A stretch of DNA of 64,000 bases from a bacterium (GCA_040754625.1 JBFMCF010000096.1:1651-65650), one strand, 5' to 3'. Shown: positions 39,859-49,873, counted from the stretch's first letter. The notes: generated from the sequence alone by a model not told the origin. Numbers and translations are program-made.

Positions 39859-39966
39859 TGAGGGGTCGGGGTGTTTCGACCACTCATCCTGAGGAACGAA
39901 GTGACGAAGGATCTAAAAATATACAAGAGCCCCTTCGCTTTGCTCAGGGTGAACAGTCGGGAAAAC
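39859..39966. repeat. MITE-like imperfect palindromic element, copy B (full element, inverted relative to copy A)
   Basis: The left arm matches the reverse complement of 8042..8119. The right arm (cccttcgctttgctcagggtgaacagtcggg) is an imperfect inverted copy of the left arm. Lies in the 180-bp intergenic gap. Confidence 0.6.
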
Positions 39967-39991
39967 TCCCCGCCTGCTCATTTACTTATCT

Positions 39992-40945
39992 TTATTTAAT
40001 AAACTCCCAATCATCATCTGGAGCACAAACAACTCTTCCCCACTTATTTTTTGGATCCGCCCACACCTCAAAGACATATCCCGCATCAATACAAGGCACA
40101 TTAAGCGGCTCCATTTGTACCATAATATTGGCCTTTCCAATCCCTGCGCCAACCAATGCCAAATCTACATTCCCAATGAAAGGGCCCATATCCACGGAAT
40201 CATATAATGACCTTTTCAAAGAAATCGAACACCACTGAACTTCTAACACTCCTTCCCGCTTCAAACCTTCTATTATTTTCTGCTTTTTTTCTCCTGTTTG
40301 TCCGTTCACAACCAGAACCCTGCGGTTTTTTAACAATTCACCGCGCCGTGGACCAGTGAGCAAAGCGTAAACAAAATAAAATGGGTAATAGTTATTATTA
40401 TTTATGATTATTTTTTTCCCCTTTAGCCACCGTTCAAGCGCTGGGAAATACCGTTCTTGAAATGGAACATTCGTGTAATTCAGATGAAGTGCTAATATTC
40501 CGTTTTCACTTATTTTACGTATCATTTGAGGATAATCCACACGTGCTTTGCGCCACTCATCAGCAGAATATTCTCCCGAATGATAATGTCCTTCAGTAAA
40601 CGGTCCAAGCCCGCCATTCAGAAGAATCCGGTGTTTAAACCGGCTAAGTTCCTGTTTTAATTTTTGAACAAACGGCAATCTTATATCGAAAGGTTGTTCC
40701 CCCAGTAAAAAAAGAAACTCGCCATCACTCATCCTGCAAACGGGCAGGAATTGGCGGCCGCACGCATTAACCAACTTATCTATAAACTCATTATACCACT
40801 CTTCGCAGCCACGTTTTTTTAACGCAAGTGTCTTACTGCTGCCCGGGACACAACTTCTTTCAAAACCGGGAATAACAAATTCGATACTCTCAGGAAACAT
40901 CTGCATTTGGTATTCCTTTGGCAATTTCACTGGTATCTGTTCCAT
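39992..40945 (-). CDS. Hypothetical protein, possibly GT-D (DUF1792)-like glycosyltransferase
   Basis: 317 aa, soluble. CRMSDGEFLFLLGE resembles the R.GDGE motif that I recall for GT-D domains; there is no other recognisable signature. Confidence 0.25.
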   Translation of the reverse strand: MEQIPVKLPKEYQMQMFPESIEFVIPGFERSCVPGSSKTLALKKRGCEEWYNEFIDKLVNACGRQFLPVCRMSDGEFLFLLGEQPFDIRLPFVQKLKQELSRFKHRILLNGGLGPFTEGHYHSGEYSADEWRKARVDYPQMIRKISENGILALHLNYTNVPFQERYFPALERWLKGKKIIINNNNYYPFYFVYALLTGPRRGELLKNRRVLVVNGQTGEKKQKIIEGLKREGVLEVQWCSISLKRSLYDSVDMGPFIGNVDLALVGAGIGKANIMVQMEPLNVPCIDAGYVFEVWADPKNKWGRVVCAPDDDWEFIK

Positions 40946-40989
40946 TTTTCTTGCTAATATCCTCCTGATATAATTATTTTAAAAATCAG

Positions 40990-41979
40990 CTATGTAGAAT
41001 AAAACACCAGATGAGATCCAAGATTTTCGAACCGGATGGGGACAAGAAGCAAGTCTTTTAATTTTTCTTTAACATTATCCTGCCTTTCAGGAGGAACAAA
41101 TAAAAGAATAAAACCTCCGCCTCCGGCTCCGCATAATTTTCCACCTATGGCCCCGGCATTAATTGCCGTTGTGTAAATATCATTTATATTCCCATTAGAA
41201 ATAAGTTTCGTGAGATTTCTTTTTAACATCCATGACTCGTTGAGCAATTTTCCAAATTCGTGGAACCGTTCAACAGGCCCACTAAGAATATTAATGGCCT
41301 CGTCCACCATTTCTTTCATCAAATTAAGTTCATTAATCTTCTGGGGGGTCTTTTCAATTTGCTCTTTAGCTAACTCGCTTGAATATCTCGGATACCCCGT
41401 GAAATAAAATAAAAGACAATGTTGAAGATATTCCAGTTTTTCTTCATTGACGGGAATGGTCTGGACAAAAATGTCATCTTTTTTGCACCCGAACTCAATT
41501 CGATTGAAGCCGCCAAAAGCAGCTGCAATCTGGTCCTGTGACCCTACCGGCTCGCCTATTAAATTTTGTTCAACATGGATAGCATCAAAAGCAAGCCTTC
41601 TTTTTGTAACTGCCTCTCCTTTCAATGCGTATAATGCATTCAGCAAACCTACGGTAAATGATGAACTTGACCCAATGCCGGACATGGCGGGAATATCACC
41701 GGTGTGCACAATTTCAACACCTCGTTCTATCCCCATATGTTTCAGGCATTCCCGAACAGAAGGATGAATAATTTCATCAATAGTTTGTGTTTCTTCTTTA
41801 TTCGTATATCTTATACGAAACTTATGATCAAAAAACGGGGGTAAATAACGGCACGTTATATAGCAATATTTATTGATGGTTGTACTTAAAACAACACCGC
41901 CATGTTTTCTGAAAAAAACAGGGTAATCTGTACCGCCGCCGAAGAAAGATATTCGAAACGGCGTTCTTGTTATTATCAT
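40990..41979 (-). CDS. GHMP-family sugar kinase (HddA/WcbL-like heptose-7-phosphate kinase type)
   Basis: MIITRTPFRISFFGGGTDYP N-terminus and the GHMP motif PAMSGIGSSSSF. Confidence 0.7.
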   Translation of the reverse strand: MIITRTPFRISFFGGGTDYPVFFRKHGGVVLSTTINKYCYITCRYLPPFFDHKFRIRYTNKEETQTIDEIIHPSVRECLKHMGIERGVEIVHTGDIPAMSGIGSSSSFTVGLLNALYALKGEAVTKRRLAFDAIHVEQNLIGEPVGSQDQIAAAFGGFNRIEFGCKKDDIFVQTIPVNEEKLEYLQHCLLFYFTGYPRYSSELAKEQIEKTPQKINELNLMKEMVDEAINILSGPVERFHEFGKLLNESWMLKRNLTKLISNGNINDIYTTAINAGAIGGKLCGAGGGGFILLFVPPERQDNVKEKLKDLLLVPIRFENLGSHLVFYST

Positions 41980-42003
41980 AATAAGTCAACTCCTTAACAA
42001 ATA

Positions 42004-42960
42004 TTATTCCATAATTTTTGTAATTGTTTCTATTATACTTTCTTCGTCAAGATTATTTATTTTATGCAGATATTCCCTGTCACCCACTTCAAACACATAA
42101 CCATCTCCAAAACCAAACGCATTCAATTCAGATGAAAATTTATTTCTTCTCAAAATATTCGATATTAATGAATCTAAACCGCCTTTATCAATAAATCCCT
42201 CTTCCATGGTAAAAATATATTTATATTTACTCATCACTTCGGAAAGCCTCTTTTCATCAAATGTCTTTAATAGAAAAAAATCAATATGGCCGGCATTAAT
42301 ATTTTTTTCCTTTAATATATTGACAACTTTGAGCGCTTTATGAGTCATATACCCTGTTGATATAATACAAACATCTTTCCCATTCTTTAATTCGTAAAAA
42401 CCTTTTTCTATAACTATCTCTTTTTCATTATTATATATGGAAGGTTGAGCCTTGCCGTCCAGCCGTATATATTTAGGTTTATTGGTATTAAGCGAAAATT
42501 CAACAAATTTTTCCGCCATAATGTGGTCACTCGGTGAAAACACAACAATATTAGGCAGAACCCTGATTATCGGTATATCTTCAAAACAATGATGAGTAGG
42601 GCCTGTCACATCATAACTTAATCCGGCGCCGACACTAATCATATTTACATTTAAATTTCTTATCTGAGACATCAGGGATAAATTTATTCTTATTTGCTCA
42701 TAACATCTCATGGACAAAAATGGCGCAATCGCATAGGCATAAACTATATAACCCTCTAATGCCAAACCGGTTGAAACATTTATAAGATTTTGTTCCGCGA
42801 TTCCCACATTAATGAATCTCTCTTTAAAATCTTTCCTTAATTTGTCCAAAACAGGAGAACCAAAATCAGCCGACACAAAAAATATTTTATCATTGTTGAA
42901 CATTCTTTCATATATTTTTTCTATCAAAGCATCACGCATTGTTTTTGGGTTATTATTCAT
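42004..42960 (-). CDS. Transketolase, C-terminal subunit (split transketolase)
   Basis: 318 aa with pyrimidine-binding and C-terminal transketolase domains (FINVGIAEQNLI...FEVGDREY). Confidence 0.8.
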   Translation of the reverse strand: MNNNPKTMRDALIEKIYERMFNNDKIFFVSADFGSPVLDKLRKDFKERFINVGIAEQNLINVSTGLALEGYIVYAYAIAPFLSMRCYEQIRINLSLMSQIRNLNVNMISVGAGLSYDVTGPTHHCFEDIPIIRVLPNIVVFSPSDHIMAEKFVEFSLNTNKPKYIRLDGKAQPSIYNNEKEIVIEKGFYELKNGKDVCIISTGYMTHKALKVVNILKEKNINAGHIDFFLLKTFDEKRLSEVMSKYKYIFTMEEGFIDKGGLDSLISNILRRNKFSSELNAFGFGDGYVFEVGDREYLHKINNLDEESIIETITKIME

Positions 42961-43772
42961 TATTTCTCCCGAAGCAATTTATCGATTTCCTCCGCTTTTA
43001 ACGCCTTTATATGGCATAAGGAATCTGTTTCCAATCTCGGAACACTCTTGCCTTTTATTGTATTTGCGATCAACACTTTAGGTTTATTGATTTCATCTTT
43101 TTTAAAAGATAGTAAACTATCATATAATTCTTTAATATTATGTCCGTCCACAATCTTTGTTTTCCAATTAAAAATCTCGAATTTTTTGTCCAATGGTTCT
43201 AAATTCAAAATTTTCGCACAATAATCAAGCATACATATTTTGTTGTTATCAATAATTAATATCAGATTATCTAGATTATGATGGGCTGCAAACATAACGG
43301 CCTCCCAAACAGAACCTTCATATAATTCGCCATCTCCGGATAAAACAACAACTTTTTCTTTCTTACCTTTCTTTTTTAGCGCCAAAGACATACCGCATGC
43401 CACCCCTAAACCATATCCTAAACTGCCATTAGCCGTTTCATAACCGGGTATTGAACAGTCCGGAATATCCCCTAAAATTGATCCTGGTTTACCTACCATT
43501 CTCAGATATTTTGAATCAAAATATCCGAGATCTGCAAGAATCGGATAAAACGAAACTGACCCATGCGCTTTACTGATAATAAATCTATCCCTGTTTTCAG
43601 AGTGAATGTCTTTCGGATCAAATTCTAATATTTCTCCGTAATACAATACTGTAAGAATTTCCACACAAGACAAGGCCGACGCCAATCTAATTCCGGGCGC
43701 TATTTTGTGAATCTTTAAAGTTTCTTTCCAAACCCAATCCGACTTTTCTCTTAAAAAATCAAAATTTACCAT
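42960..43772 (-). CDS. Transketolase, N-terminal ThDP-binding subunit (split transketolase)
   Basis: 270 aa. ThDP motif region GSLGYGLGVACGMSLA...VVLSGDGELYEGSVWEA (GDG...E). Confidence 0.8.
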   Translation of the reverse strand: MVNFDFLREKSDWVWKETLKIHKIAPGIRLASALSCVEILTVLYYGEILEFDPKDIHSENRDRFIISKAHGSVSFYPILADLGYFDSKYLRMVGKPGSILGDIPDCSIPGYETANGSLGYGLGVACGMSLALKKKGKKEKVVVLSGDGELYEGSVWEAVMFAAHHNLDNLILIIDNNKICMLDYCAKILNLEPLDKKFEIFNWKTKIVDGHNIKELYDSLLSFKKDEINKPKVLIANTIKGKSVPRLETDSLCHIKALKAEEIDKLLREK

Positions 43773-43789
43773 ATTTTTATATTAATTTA

Positions 43790-44764
43790 TTATTTATAAT
43801 ATTTCTTATACCATTCCATAGTCTTTTTAATTCCGGTCTTAACATCAGTTTTTATTTTAAAACCTAACAGCTTCGCTGCTTTTTCTGCATTAATAAGACG
43901 TATTGGAATCATTGACGGTTTGCTGGAATCATAGGTTACAACGGCATTTTTAAACCCTTCGACCTCAAGGCACATATTGATAATCTCTTTTACGCTGTAG
44001 CCTTTTCCATAGGCGATATTTACAGGCTCATAAGTTTCAATCTTTTCTGCCGATAAAATAAGCGCCTCTATAAAATCATCAATATATATTAAATCCCTGA
44101 CATCATCACCATTCCCCCATACGTTAATCGGATTCTGTCTTTCAATAATTTTTCTTATTGTCGCGGCCATCATATGGGAAGTGGCAAAATCAAAATCATC
44201 ATACGGCCCATAAATGTTTGACGGCCGCACCACTACCGTCGGCATAGGATTTTTTAATTTTGTTGAATACATTCTGCATAAAATCTCAGTATATCTTTTC
44301 ATCCACGCGACACCAAAATAGATATCATACGGATCCCCGTTAAACATTTCTTCTTCTTTCACATATCTATCATCAGACGGTGGATAAGCGGCATTGCTGC
44401 TCAGCCATATAAACTTTTTTACTTTCGCAAAATACGCAGCCTCAAGCATTTGAGAATTCATTATTATATTCGGAGTCACATGCACAAGCGGGGTTGATGC
44501 TATTACTGCTGCGCCGGAAGTATTCGCCGCACATAAAAAAACATAATCCATACCATCAACAACTTTTTTGCAATCATCCATATTCAGTAAATTACATTTA
44601 ACATACTCAATTCTTTTATCAATAATAACAGCATCTTTTCTGTACAACGTAGCCCTGACATTAGCACCTAAGGTTAATAATCTATTAATTAAATTTGCAC
44701 CAACAAAACCAGTTCCGCCTGCAACCAGTACTTCAGCATTTCTAAACATTTTCACTCCCTTCAT
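43790..44764 (-). CDS. NAD(P)-dependent epimerase/reductase (GDP-sugar reductase-like SDR)
   Basis: VLVAGGTGFVGANLINRLL Rossmann motif; 324 aa extended SDR. Confidence 0.6.
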   Translation of the reverse strand: MKGVKMFRNAEVLVAGGTGFVGANLINRLLTLGANVRATLYRKDAVIIDKRIEYVKCNLLNMDDCKKVVDGMDYVFLCAANTSGAAVIASTPLVHVTPNIIMNSQMLEAAYFAKVKKFIWLSSNAAYPPSDDRYVKEEEMFNGDPYDIYFGVAWMKRYTEILCRMYSTKLKNPMPTVVVRPSNIYGPYDDFDFATSHMMAATIRKIIERQNPINVWGNGDDVRDLIYIDDFIEALILSAEKIETYEPVNIAYGKGYSVKEIINMCLEVEGFKNAVVTYDSSKPSMIPIRLINAEKAAKLLGFKIKTDVKTGIKKTMEWYKKYYK

Positions 44765-45257
44765 CTCGCCTTGAAACCATAGGATTTTTTACTGGCCACC
44801 ATATATTTATTTTTGGATCATTCCATAATATAGTAAACTGCCCCGCCCTGTTGTAATTTGTAGACTGTTTATAATGAAACATGGCCTGTTCACTTAAAAC
44901 AAGATGCCCATTCCCGAATTTCGGAGGGACCAAAACCTGTAATCTGTTAGTTTCCGATAGAACAAAAGATTCCCATTTACCAAACTGAGGAGAACTCTTG
45001 TCCCAATTAATAACTACAAGATAAAATTTTCCATATAGACAAGAAACTAATTTATATGTATCATTATCTCCATGAATACCTCTAAGAACATGTTTTGAGG
45101 ATACTGAAATATCATCTTGCATAAAATTGACATTAATACCTGCTTTCCGATAAAGACCATCGTTATAAATTTCTATATAACTTCCCCTGAAATCTTCAAA
45201 AATAGTAGGCGGCTTTATAAGTAAAACCCCTTCAAGTTTTGTTTTGCTGACTTCCAT
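44742..45257 (-). CDS. dTDP-4-dehydrorhamnose 3,5-epimerase-like cupin (RmlC superfamily NDP-sugar epimerase)
   Basis: LEGVLLIKPPTIFEDFRGSYIE...RGIHGD......KLV.C..G: RmlC fold motifs; 171 aa. Confidence 0.7.
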   Translation of the reverse strand: MEVSKTKLEGVLLIKPPTIFEDFRGSYIEIYNDGLYRKAGINVNFMQDDISVSSKHVLRGIHGDNDTYKLVSCLYGKFYLVVINWDKSSPQFGKWESFVLSETNRLQVLVPPKFGNGHLVLSEQAMFHYKQSTNYNRAGQFTILWNDPKINIWWPVKNPMVSRRDEGSENV

Positions 45258-45259
45258 AA

Positions 45260-46246
45260 TTACTCCTTAAAATAATTTTTTTTATTCAAATATTCATTCT
45301 GATTTTTTAAAAACCAGTTCCATGTTTCTTTTAATCCATCCAGTAAAGAGGTTGTTGGGTTATAATCAATTAGCTCTGCTGCCAGAGAAATATCCATAAC
45401 CCGTTTGGGGAATCCCGAAGATTTTGTTGTATCAAACTTATAATTAAAGTCAATAAAGCTATTTAATGTTTCTACCAGTTCTTTAATAGTAACGCCTTTG
45501 CCACTGCCTAAATTAACAAAACCGGATTTTGTCCCGTGATAGAGCGCGAGAATAACACCTTCAGCCACATCTCTGCTATACGCAAAATCTCTTACCGCGG
45601 TTCCATCACCCCAAATTGTTACCGGATTTTCTTTATTATAAATTCTATACATCAAACTCGGTATTACCATTGCATTATCCGGATCAAAATTATCGCCCGG
45701 GCCGTATACGTTACAAGGCCTGACAATGGCAAAATTTTCCAGGCCGTATTGAATTTTATAAGCCTGGACCTGAAGTTCGGCCATTCTTTTCGCCCATCCT
45801 GGAAACATATCCATCGGCGGGCCTTCAAGATTTTCGTTTTCTTTAAATATTTCCGCGCTGGAGTAAGCGCCTATAGAACTTGTATAAACAACCTTTTGAA
45901 CTTTATTGATTCTGCTTGCCTCCAAAACATTAGTATTAAACATCAAAAGAGGAACAAAAAAACTTGCGGGTTTTGATTTTGTAACTTCGACAGAACCTTT
46001 TATTCCAGCCATATGGAAAACAAAATCCATATCTTTTGTCACTTCTTTGCAGAATTCAAAATTCGTAAGGTCTCCGAAAATATGTTCTGCTTTATCATTT
46101 ACATTAACCTTATCCAAGGAAACTATCTTTACGTACACCCCAGTATCGCACAAAAGATTAACAACCTGTCTTCCAATAAGGCCTGTTCCCCCTGTTATCA
46201 AAACACTTTTCCTTATAAAACTTTTCAATATATTGTCCCTTATCAT
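45260..46246 (-). CDS. NAD-dependent epimerase/dehydratase family protein
   Basis: VLITGGTGLIGRQVV Rossmann motif; YTSS...Y...K catalytic-like residues; 328 aa. Confidence 0.6.
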   Translation of the reverse strand: MIRDNILKSFIRKSVLITGGTGLIGRQVVNLLCDTGVYVKIVSLDKVNVNDKAEHIFGDLTNFEFCKEVTKDMDFVFHMAGIKGSVEVTKSKPASFFVPLLMFNTNVLEASRINKVQKVVYTSSIGAYSSAEIFKENENLEGPPMDMFPGWAKRMAELQVQAYKIQYGLENFAIVRPCNVYGPGDNFDPDNAMVIPSLMYRIYNKENPVTIWGDGTAVRDFAYSRDVAEGVILALYHGTKSGFVNLGSGKGVTIKELVETLNSFIDFNYKFDTTKSSGFPKRVMDISLAAELIDYNPTTSLLDGLKETWNWFLKNQNEYLNKKNYFKE

Positions 46247-46310
46247 TTAAATCTCCCATTAAAACATTTACTTTCTGCATGATCAACTGGAATTATGGAA
46301 CCAACAAAAC

Positions 46311-46886
46311 TTATATTTTTATGATTTTTCTGTTTATCAGATATTTAGCAATAATCGCAATCTGAAAGCCGATATAAATTTCACCTTCTGCAATCTTTTC
46401 AAGAATATCATTAAATGTAAAGCATTCAACGCTTACAATTTCATTGTCATGAACTCCCCTTGAGTCAAACTCCTGCCGTGTAAGGTGGATTTGGAAAATA
46501 TATGGAAGAACAGGACTACGCAACATGTGTATAAGCGGGGGCAGCATCTGGAATCTATTAAGATCAGAGATAAGAATTCCAGTTTCTTCAGCCAGTTCTC
46601 TGCCCGCTGTTTCAACAGGCAATTCGTTATCTTTCAAACCTCCCGCAGGGACCTCAAGAGTTCTATCGGCAACAACAGGCCTGTCAACCCTCACCATAAC
46701 TATCGAATTATTGTCCACGATTGGCAAAATAAGTACCTGCGGCATGTTGTATTCTACAGTAAAGTAACCTTTTCTATTGCGCACCGCAAACCATGGATTT
46801 TCATGTACTGTTTCCACCGGTATCAGTGAAAAACACTGAGCTTCCACCAGTCTTGGATCATTTAATAAATATTTTCTTCCGTCCAT
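46311..46886 (-). CDS. Nudix hydrolase (NDP-sugar / ADP-ribose pyrophosphatase type)
   Basis: Nudix box GGLKDNELPVETAGRELAEETGI. Confidence 0.7.
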   Translation of the reverse strand: MDGRKYLLNDPRLVEAQCFSLIPVETVHENPWFAVRNRKGYFTVEYNMPQVLILPIVDNNSIVMVRVDRPVVADRTLEVPAGGLKDNELPVETAGRELAEETGILISDLNRFQMLPPLIHMLRSPVLPYIFQIHLTRQEFDSRGVHDNEIVSVECFTFNDILEKIAEGEIYIGFQIAIIAKYLINRKIIKI

Positions 46887-46892
46887 CTTTTT

Positions 46893-47906
46893 CTATCTTG
46901 TCAGAAAAACTCTGCCTAATTTAAGCCTTTCCCTCCAATAATCAAGCAAATCCTGCATAGTTTTTTCGAAAGGTATTCTTGGTTTCCAGCCTGTGTGCCT
47001 TTCAAACTTGCTTGTATCCGGCACCTGAAGATCGGCATCTAAAGGACGAAACCTTGAAGCCTCAGTCTCAACTCTAATTATATTTTTATGAGTCGAAATC
47101 GAAATTAAATACTTAAGCATTTCTCCAACTGTACATGAAAAAGTCCCGCCAATATTATAGTACTCACCGGGTAACGGATTAACAGTGACCAGCATATAAT
47201 ATGCCCGAACAGCATCTCTGACATCCGACCATGTACGTAAAGAATCTAAATTACCGGTCTTTACTACGGGTGCAATCAACCCTTTCTCAATCATCGCAAT
47301 TTGTTTTGCAAAAGTGGATTCGGCAAATATATCTCCTCTGCGTGGCCCGGTGTGCGTAAACATCCTGGTTACAACAATTCTCTGGCCATAAGCTTCTGCA
47401 TGAAATCTGGCTATAAGATCAGTTCCTGTTTTGGATATCGCATAGGGAGATGCCGGATGAAATGAACATTCTTCATTAATCGGCAATTTATCTTTTTTTA
47501 CGCGTCCAAAAACTTCAGAAGATGAGCATACATGGATAACGGGGTCGATTCCTTTGCATTTTCTTAATGCTTCCAGCAATCTTTCAGCGCCTAGAATGTT
47601 TGTATCAAGTGTTTGTATGGGAGATGTAAAACTTGTACTCGGGTAACTCTGGGCGGCTAAATGAAAAACAAAATCCGGCCTGCTTTCTTCAACAACATTT
47701 TGCAGTGATATATAATCACATAAATCGCCATACATAAAACATAAACGGTCTTTTTTATTAGCTCTATTGAGAAGGTGTTCCACATTATCCATAGAACTGC
47801 GCCATCGGCACATCCCATAAATATCCCAATCTGTATTTTCAAGTAAAAAATCCGCCAAATGGGAACCAACCATACCGGTAATACCTGTAATCAACGCTTT
47901 TTTCAT
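46893..47906 (-). CDS. NDP-sugar 4,6-dehydratase/reductase of the Gmd/Rmd extended-SDR family (DmhA-like)
   Basis: [21 protein letters not shown]...FHLAAQS; 337 aa. Confidence 0.55.
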   Translation of the reverse strand: MKKALITGITGMVGSHLADFLLENTDWDIYGMCRWRSSMDNVEHLLNRANKKDRLCFMYGDLCDYISLQNVVEESRPDFVFHLAAQSYPSTSFTSPIQTLDTNILGAERLLEALRKCKGIDPVIHVCSSSEVFGRVKKDKLPINEECSFHPASPYAISKTGTDLIARFHAEAYGQRIVVTRMFTHTGPRRGDIFAESTFAKQIAMIEKGLIAPVVKTGNLDSLRTWSDVRDAVRAYYMLVTVNPLPGEYYNIGGTFSCTVGEMLKYLISISTHKNIIRVETEASRFRPLDADLQVPDTSKFERHTGWKPRIPFEKTMQDLLDYWRERLKLGRVFLTR

Positions 47907-48658
47907 TGTTCATTACTCCCAAATTTTTCAGCCTTAGTAAACCTTTTTACCTTTTTAAAAAAATTTTCTGCTTCCTTATACGAATCCGGTGTGCCTATAT
48001 CGATGAATTCTGCATCCTGCGGAAATGCAAACAATCCGTTACCAATCATTTTTGGGAAGAAATCTTTTTCAAATGAAATATTTTTCTTTTCCTGCATTGA
48101 TGCTATTAATTCACGGTTTATACAATATATTCCGCTATTGATCCACCCACTTCCTTTATTTGCTTTTTTCTCATCAAATGAAGTAATCATGTAACTTGAA
48201 TCAAAATTAACACAGCCGTACCTGCTCACATCCGGCACCTGAACTAACAAAAGCGTACATGATGCTTTTATTGCAGTATGCCATTCTAATAAAGTTTGCG
48301 GATTAATGTTGCAGTACGAATCCCCGTTAAAAATCATAATAGCGTCAGATTTTACCATACCCGCCGCGTTTCTCACTGCGCCTGCCGTACCTAAAGGCTC
48401 ATTTTCTTCTGAATAACGCAGGTAAAGTGTCTTGTATCTATCACCTAAAAGGTTTTTGACTTGCCCACTCATAAATCCCGTACATAAAATCACATCTTCA
48501 CCGCCGGCATTTGAAATCTGATCCAGAATAAATGTGATAAACGGGTTTCCCATGATATCGGCAAGAGCCTTTTGACGGTCAGATACTATTGGCCGCAGCC
48601 TTTTACCGAAGCCTCCACAGAGAATTAATGTGCTAATTTCAGAAAAAATATTTTTCAA
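47903..48658 (-). CDS. Sugar-1-phosphate nucleotidyltransferase (HddC/WcbM-like)
   Basis: ILCGGFGKRLRPIVSDRQKAL matches the G.G.R signature of NTP-transferases; 251 aa. Confidence 0.65.
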   Translation of the reverse strand: MKNIFSEISTLILCGGFGKRLRPIVSDRQKALADIMGNPFITFILDQISNAGGEDVILCTGFMSGQVKNLLGDRYKTLYLRYSEENEPLGTAGAVRNAAGMVKSDAIMIFNGDSYCNINPQTLLEWHTAIKASCTLLLVQVPDVSRYGCVNFDSSYMITSFDEKKANKGSGWINSGIYCINRELIASMQEKKNISFEKDFFPKMIGNGLFAFPQDAEFIDIGTPDSYKEAENFFKKVKRFTKAEKFGSNEQ

Positions 48659-48691
48659 GATTATAGACAGAAATTAAATAGCCGTGATATC

Positions 48692-49873
48692 TTAAACATC
48701 AAGCCATGCAGTATCCGAACAATCACGTATTTCTTTCGCATACGCATCCCACTCTGCCCTCCGTATCACATATTGTTCCAATTCTTCAGCCCCCAGCCCC
48801 CAATCATTGCCATTATAAACTATCTGGCGTTTCCCGTCTTTCATTTCATCTATTGCTTCCCAATATTCTTTATAACATCCTGAGCTGATTTCAGGTTTTT
48901 TATCCTTATTCTTTTCTTTTAATGTTTTTGGAGTAAGCTTACTCTTTAACTCCCCAAGCTTTAAAGCCCCGATGAAAAACATTAAACAGCTGGCAAGCTT
49001 ATCCGAAAAACAATAGAAAAGTATTTTATCGCACAATCCGGGAATCGTACTTCTCCACCGGGAATCGTGGTCAATATGATAAATACAGCATTCATCAGGA
49101 AGCATTTCTTCTTTAATCCCCTTTAAATAAGCCATATTGCAAAGCAAAATTTCCACCCCCAGACCCAAATTATCCCTTTCAGGAAAACCCCTCAAAGAAT
49201 GCCATGATTCCCTCGACATTAATAATAAATCTGCTCCATTAAGATGCAAATTGGGGAAATCCCGATTACCGGCATTGATATCAAGATTCCTACTTCTTAA
49301 GTGTTGTTTTTTTTTCCTCACTACTGGAATGCTAATGTTGCGAGTGTGAATCCAGATAACATTTTTCCTGCAGAATTCCAATAAATCAGCCGACGATACT
49401 TCCAATATATTTCTGTTTACATCCTGCCTGTCCGTCCTGTATATCTTATCAGCCTCAAGAATTTCTTTGGCAACAAACTCTATTAATTCATCGGAAAATA
49501 AAATATCAATGGATGTCATCAGAACAAACTTTCCCCGTGCCCTTTTAAGTCCCGCGTTTTGTGCCACACTGAAATTGTAAGGTGTTTTATCCGAATCCTT
49601 GAAGCGTGTGTGAATTGACGATGGAACAACCAAATACCTGATTGTGCAATATTTTGTCTCTTCAGGCCAGCATAATACATCTTTTAAAAGAGGTTTATGA
49701 GAAGGAGGATTATAATCCGTTAATATTACTTCCGATTTAAGTTTATATTTTTCAAGCTGGCCTATGACGGAACTAAGTGTTGTCTGTGTCCGTTTAAACA
49801 TATTGCCACCGTGATCATCATTTCTTGAGCTGGTAACAATGCTTAAATATGGAGACTCGTGAACATCATTCAT
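48692..49873 (-). CDS. GT2-like (GT-A fold) glycosyltransferase
   Basis: LSIVTSSRNDDHGGN...NFSVAQNAGLKRARGKFVLMTSIDILFSDE follows the GT2 pattern (IPTYN..., NxG..A.G......D.D). Confidence 0.4.
   Translation of the reverse strand: MNDVHESPYLSIVTSSRNDDHGGNMFKRTQTTLSSVIGQLEKYKLKSEVILTDYNPPSHKPLLKDVLCWPEETKYCTIRYLVVPSSIHTRFKDSDKTPYNFSVAQNAGLKRARGKFVLMTSIDILFSDELIEFVAKEILEADKIYRTDRQDVNRNILEVSSADLLEFCRKNVIWIHTRNISIPVVRKKKQHLRSRNLDINAGNRDFPNLHLNGADLLLMSRESWHSLRGFPERDNLGLGVEILLCNMAYLKGIKEEMLPDECCIYHIDHDSRWRSTIPGLCDKILFYCFSDKLASCLMFFIGALKLGELKSKLTPKTLKEKNKDKKPEISSGCYKEYWEAIDEMKDGKRQIVYNGNDWGLGAEELEQYVIRRAEWDAYAKEIRDCSDTAWLDV

Noticed and set aside
39834-40238. 134-aa plus-strand ORF spanning the intergenic palindromic element and the 3' end of gene 39992..40945
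   Set aside because: The translation is low-complexity and runs through a structured repeat and antisense to a coding gene; no RBS and no domain similarity.
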